Source of the DNA: Burkholderiales bacterium
Lineage (GTDB): Bacteria > Pseudomonadota > Gammaproteobacteria > Burkholderiales > JACQAP01
Direction: 5' to 3'
Assembly (NCBI GenBank): GCA_036274775.1
Contig: DASUFB010000029.1
Coordinates: forward strand, 37,218 to 101,217
Length of the DNA: 64,000 nucleotides
A program made the translations under genes and the position numbers. Positions 59,421-64,000 of this stretch are shown here, piece by piece. The stretch's first letter is position 1; each line of letters begins with the position of its first letter. The notes under the pieces are model-generated. The model saw only the letters and a list, made by a program, of their open reading frames with translations, made no database searches and was not told the DNA's origin.

Positions 59421-61326
59421 TTTCCGGTTCCTCCGGTGGTTCCTGCTGCCTGGTTTCCTTCTTCGGCGGCGCGGGCTCCTTGCCGAGCAGGTAGTAGTCG
59501 AGCACCTGGCGCGCGATCGGCGCCGCGGTGCTGCCGCCGTGGCCGCCATTTTCCACGAGGATGGCCAGGGCGATCTTCGGCGCGTCCGCCGGCGCGTAGG
59601 CGATGAACAGCGCATGGTCGCGGTGGCGCTCCGCGACGTTCTTCTCGTCGTACTTCTGGCCCTTCATGCCGACGACCTGCGCGGTGCCGGTCTTGCCGGC
59701 GAACAGGTACTTCGCGTTCAGGCCGGCCCAGGCCGCAGTGCCGCCGGGCCGGGTCACGTCGATCATGGCGTCGCGCACGCGCCTGACGTTCTCGCCGGAC
59801 AGCCTGATCTCGGCACGCGGCTGCGGCTCGATCAGCGTCAGCGCATCGGTCTGGCTGTCCTGGATCTGCTTGACGAGGTGGGGGCGGAACACGCGGCCGT
59901 CGTTGGCGAGGATGGCGGTGGCGAACGCGAGCTGCAGCGGCGTGGCGAGGTTGTAGCCCTGGCCGATGCCCACGGAAATGGTGTCGCCGACGAACCACTT
60001 CTGCTGGAAGCGCTTCTGCTTCCATTCCTGCGACGGCAGCAGGCCCGGGACCTCGCCGTCGATGTCGATGCCGGTATTCTGGCCGAAGCCGAACTGGCCG
60101 ATGAACTGGTGGATGGCGTCGATGCCGAGGTCCTGTGCCAGGCCGTAGAAATAGGTGTCGCAGGACTGCACGATGGCCTTGTGCAGGTCGACCATGCCGT
60201 GGCCGCCCGCCTTCCAGTCGCGGTAGACGTGGCCGCCGCCTCCGGCCAGCACGAAATAGCCCGGGTCGCTGATCGTGAAGGAGGCCTTGCGCTTGCCGAG
60301 CTCCAGCCCGGCGAGTGCCATGAAGGGCTTGAACGTCGAGCCCGGCGGGTAGACGCCCTGCAGGGCGCGGTTGTTGAGCGGGTGGTCGGGCGAGTTGTTG
60401 AGGGCGTCCCAGTTCTGCGGGTCGATGCCCTCCACGAACAGGTTGGGGTCGAAGCCCGGCCTCGACACGAGCGCGAGCACGCCGCCGGTGGAGGGCTCGA
60501 TGGCCACCAGCGCGCCGCGGTGCGTGCCGAAGGCCTGCTCGGCGACCTGCTGCAGCTTCGCGTCGAGCGCGAGCGTCAGGTTGTTGCCCGAGACCGGCAG
60601 GATGCTGCGCAACGTGCGCACCGACCTGCCGTTGGCGTCGGTCTCGACGTGCTCGTAGCCGGTGACCCCGCGCAGGTCCCTCTCGTAGCGCCGCTCCAGC
60701 CCGACCTTGCCGATGTAGTCGGACGCGCTGTAGTTGGCCGCCGTGCCCTCCTTCCTGAGCTGATCGACGTCGCCGTCGCTGATGCGGCCGATGTAGCCGA
60801 CCACGTGCGAGGCGATCTCGCCGTTCGGGTAGTGGCGGAACAGCCTGGCATTGATCTCCACGCCGGGAAAGCGGTAGTTGTTGACGGCGAAGCGCGCGAC
60901 TTCCTCGTCGTTGAGCCGCGTGCGGATCGGGATGCTGGCGAAGTCGTGGCCTTCCTCGAGCAGCTTCTGGAAGCGCTTGCGGTCCTTGGGCGTGATCTCG
61001 ACCAGCGCCGACAGGTCGGTGATGGTCTGCTCGAGGTCGCCGACGAGCGAGGGCGTGATCTCCAGCGTGTACGCGGAAAAGTTGTGCGCGATGACCACGC
61101 CGTTGCGGTCGAGGATGAGCCCCCGGTTGGGCACCACCGGCACGATGAAGATGCGGTTCTGCTCGGCCAGCGTGTGGTAGTAGTCGTGCTGGATGACCTG
61201 CACGTAGAAGAAGCGCACCAGCAGCACGAAGAACGCGAACAGCACCGCGGCGCCGACGATGGCGAGCCTGAGCTGGAAGTAGTACAGCTCGCGCTGGTGG
61301 TCGCGCAGCTCGACGGTGCGGTTCAT
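59413..61326 (-). CDS. mrdA: Penicillin-binding protein 2 (elongasome transpeptidase)
   Basis: 637 aa. Active site STFKP, plus SCD and KTGTAQ motifs. Confidence 0.92.
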   Translation of the reverse strand: MNRTVELRDHQRELYYFQLRLAIVGAAVLFAFFVLLVRFFYVQVIQHDYYHTLAEQNRIFIVPVVPNRGLILDRNGVVIAHNFSAYTLEITPSLVGDLEQTITDLSALVEITPKDRKRFQKLLEEGHDFASIPIRTRLNDEEVARFAVNNYRFPGVEINARLFRHYPNGEIASHVVGYIGRISDGDVDQLRKEGTAANYSASDYIGKVGLERRYERDLRGVTGYEHVETDANGRSVRTLRSILPVSGNNLTLALDAKLQQVAEQAFGTHRGALVAIEPSTGGVLALVSRPGFDPNLFVEGIDPQNWDALNNSPDHPLNNRALQGVYPPGSTFKPFMALAGLELGKRKASFTISDPGYFVLAGGGGHVYRDWKAGGHGMVDLHKAIVQSCDTYFYGLAQDLGIDAIHQFIGQFGFGQNTGIDIDGEVPGLLPSQEWKQKRFQQKWFVGDTISVGIGQGYNLATPLQLAFATAILANDGRVFRPHLVKQIQDSQTDALTLIEPQPRAEIRLSGENVRRVRDAMIDVTRPGGTAAWAGLNAKYLFAGKTGTAQVVGMKGQKYDEKNVAERHRDHALFIAYAPADAPKIALAILVENGGHGGSTAAPIARQVLDYYLLGKEPAPPKKETRQQEPPEEPEND

Positions 61327-61366
61327 CGCGCCGCGCTCCGCCGCGGCCGCATGTGCCTGCGCCGGC

Positions 61367-61903
61367 TCACGCCTCGTCCGGATCGGGCCGCGGCCGCAGC
61401 GGCATCTTCAGCAGCAGGTCGACGAGCGGCCAGACGATCGCGCCGGTGACGGTGGGCAGGAAATACCACCAGCCCGGAAACGCCCCCCCGGCCGCGTGAC
61501 GCACGCCGAGCACGATGAGCTGCATCACGAGCAGGATGGGGATGGCGTGCAGGATCTGTCGGCGCAGGTCGAACATGGCCACGCGCCGGTGCAACGCGAT
61601 GGCCGCGAACATCATCGCCGAATATGCCAGCGCGTGCTGGCCGAACAGGCTGCCGTCGGCCACGTCCATGGCCAGCCCCAGCAGCCAGGCCGGCAGGAAC
61701 CCGACCTTGCGCGGCTGGTGGAAACCCCAGTACAGCAGCAGCAGCGCGACGAAGTCCGGGCGCAGCGCAAGCACCCAGCCCGTCAGCGGCAGCAGATTGA
61801 GCATGGTCGCGGCCGCCAGCGTGACGGCGATGTAGGCCGGCCTGACCGGCAGCAGGATTTCCTCGCTGCGGCTGACGCGCCCGAGCAGCGGCAGCTGTGT
61901 CAT
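61367..61903 (-). CDS. mreD: Rod shape-determining protein MreD
   Basis: 178 aa polytopic membrane protein after mreC. 4-nt overlap with the mreC stop. Confidence 0.8.
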   Translation of the reverse strand: MTQLPLLGRVSRSEEILLPVRPAYIAVTLAAATMLNLLPLTGWVLALRPDFVALLLLYWGFHQPRKVGFLPAWLLGLAMDVADGSLFGQHALAYSAMMFAAIALHRRVAMFDLRRQILHAIPILLVMQLIVLGVRHAAGGAFPGWWYFLPTVTGAIVWPLVDLLLKMPLRPRPDPDEA

Positions 61904-62802
61904 CCGCCCTTCCTCGCCTTCTTCGGCTTGCCCTTGCGCGGATCGGCGGCCGACGGATATTCCGGCAGCGGTGCGAGCCGCGACAGCACCAGCACCTGGC
62001 GGTTGCGGTTCGGCCCGGCCGAGGGCGTGCAGGTGATGCGCGCGAAGGGGTAGGCCGCGTTGCGCTCGATGTTCGAGACCACGGCCACCGGCAGGCCCGC
62101 CGGATAGACCCCGTCGATGCCCGAGGTCACGAGGACGTCGCCGTTCTCGACGTCGGCGTTGACCGGCATGAAGCGCAGGTCGAGCGCGCCGTCGTAGCCG
62201 ATGCCGAACAAGGCTGCGCGCAGGCCGTTGCGTACGACCTGGGCGGGTACGACCTGCTCGCGATCACTGATCAGCGCGACCTCGGCGGTCCACGGGAAGG
62301 TGCGCGTGACCTGGCCGACCAGTCCGGTGTCGTCCACCACGGCGGAGCCTTCCTCGATGCCCTGCAAGGACCCCTTGTCGATGACCACCTTGCGGCTGAA
62401 CGGGTCGCGGCCGACGTAAAGGATTTCGGCGACGGTCGAGCTCGGCTCCACGCGCTCCTGCATCTCCAGCAGCTGCCGCAGGTGGCGGTTCTCGGCGACC
62501 AGCGCCCGCTGCGTCTGCAGCTGCCCCGCGTTCAGGAAGTTCTCGTGCGAGAGCCGGTCGTTCTCGCGCTGCAGGAACGATTGCGACACGAAGAAGCTCT
62601 CCACGCGCGAGGCGGCCTCGCCGGGCAGGCTGGCCATTTCCTGGAACGGATAGAGCACGACCGCGATGGCCTTGCGCATCGCCTCCATGTAGTGGAAGCG
62701 CGCATCGGCGTACAGCAGCATCAACGACAGCAGGGCGAAGAAGGCGAGGCGGGCGAGGAGGCTGGGGCCCCGTCTGAAGAAAGGCGGCGGCGTGTATTCC
62801 AT
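61900..62802 (-). CDS. mreC: Rod shape-determining protein MreC
   Basis: 300 aa. N-terminal TM segment, coiled coil (ENDRLSHENFLNAGQLQ), beta-barrel domains (VVTSGIDGVYPAGLPV). Confidence 0.9.
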   Translation of the reverse strand: MEYTPPPFFRRGPSLLARLAFFALLSLMLLYADARFHYMEAMRKAIAVVLYPFQEMASLPGEAASRVESFFVSQSFLQRENDRLSHENFLNAGQLQTQRALVAENRHLRQLLEMQERVEPSSTVAEILYVGRDPFSRKVVIDKGSLQGIEEGSAVVDDTGLVGQVTRTFPWTAEVALISDREQVVPAQVVRNGLRAALFGIGYDGALDLRFMPVNADVENGDVLVTSGIDGVYPAGLPVAVVSNIERNAAYPFARITCTPSAGPNRNRQVLVLSRLAPLPEYPSAADPRKGKPKKARKGG

Positions 62803-62822
62803 TCAGCGCTGTCGCGGACGGC

Positions 62823-62951
62823 GCGAGGGGTGAGGAGCGAGGGGTAAGGGGTGGGGCCGCGTTGCGGAAAAGCAGTTGCCAGGCGCCGGAGCGAATTTCC
62901 GAAAAACCAGCTTGTGGCTCACCCCTCTCCCCTCACCCCTTACTCCTCACC
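62823..62951. repeat. Variable-arm inverted-repeat element (GGGGTGAGG-type arms) inside the mreB-mreC junction
   Basis: Left arm GCGAGGGGTGAGGAGCGAGGGGTAAGGGGTG (62823-62853). Right arm CTCACCCCTCTCCCCTCACCCCTTACTCCTCACC (62918-62951). Arms are 7-bp tandem sub-repeats. Confidence 0.85.
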
Positions 62952-62960
62952 GGTTCTTCG

Positions 62961-64000
<1,040 letters not shown>

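Overview
High-GC (roughly two-thirds G+C by eye) chromosomal segment with betaproteobacterial-type core synteny: nadD-rsfS-rlmH-maf-rng; yggS / proC-yggT-yggU beside pilT-pilU; potABC and potD; ubiE-ubiJ-ubiB; phoBR; mreBCD-mrdA-rodA-rlpA. I call 61 protein-coding genes (two truncated by the window edges) and one tRNA-Arg(CCG). I found no transposase, integrase, phage, CRISPR-cas, toxin-antitoxin or recognisable defence genes, so this reads as an ordinary core region, not an accessory island, and I cannot point to a clear new multi-gene system. The gene list leaves five things unexplained. (1) At least eight intergenic inverted-repeat hairpin elements share one architecture: arms built from 7-9 bp tandem sub-repeats, filling gene junctions almost exactly. 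Their arm sequences differ from locus to locus, and some arms run into coding termini. (2) Two identical 53-bp GC-rich structured repeats sit in frame inside the conserved yggS gene. (3) The 3' end of a 1292-aa FAD/Fe-S oxidase gene is duplicated over 80 bp, flanking an 85-bp segment that looks lower in GC. (4) A three-gene block (OFA-type MFS transporter, PanE-family reductase, AAE3/Pcs60-like CoA ligase) looks like an ATP-dependent oxalate-to-glyoxylate module and splits potABC from potD. (5) A sigma-54-type promoter lies between an NtrC-type two-component system and an RND efflux operon, with phased tRNA/tmRNA T-arm-like repeats upstream. All functional calls come from reading the translated ORFs and recalling family motifs. 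No database search was run. Start codons are best guesses.
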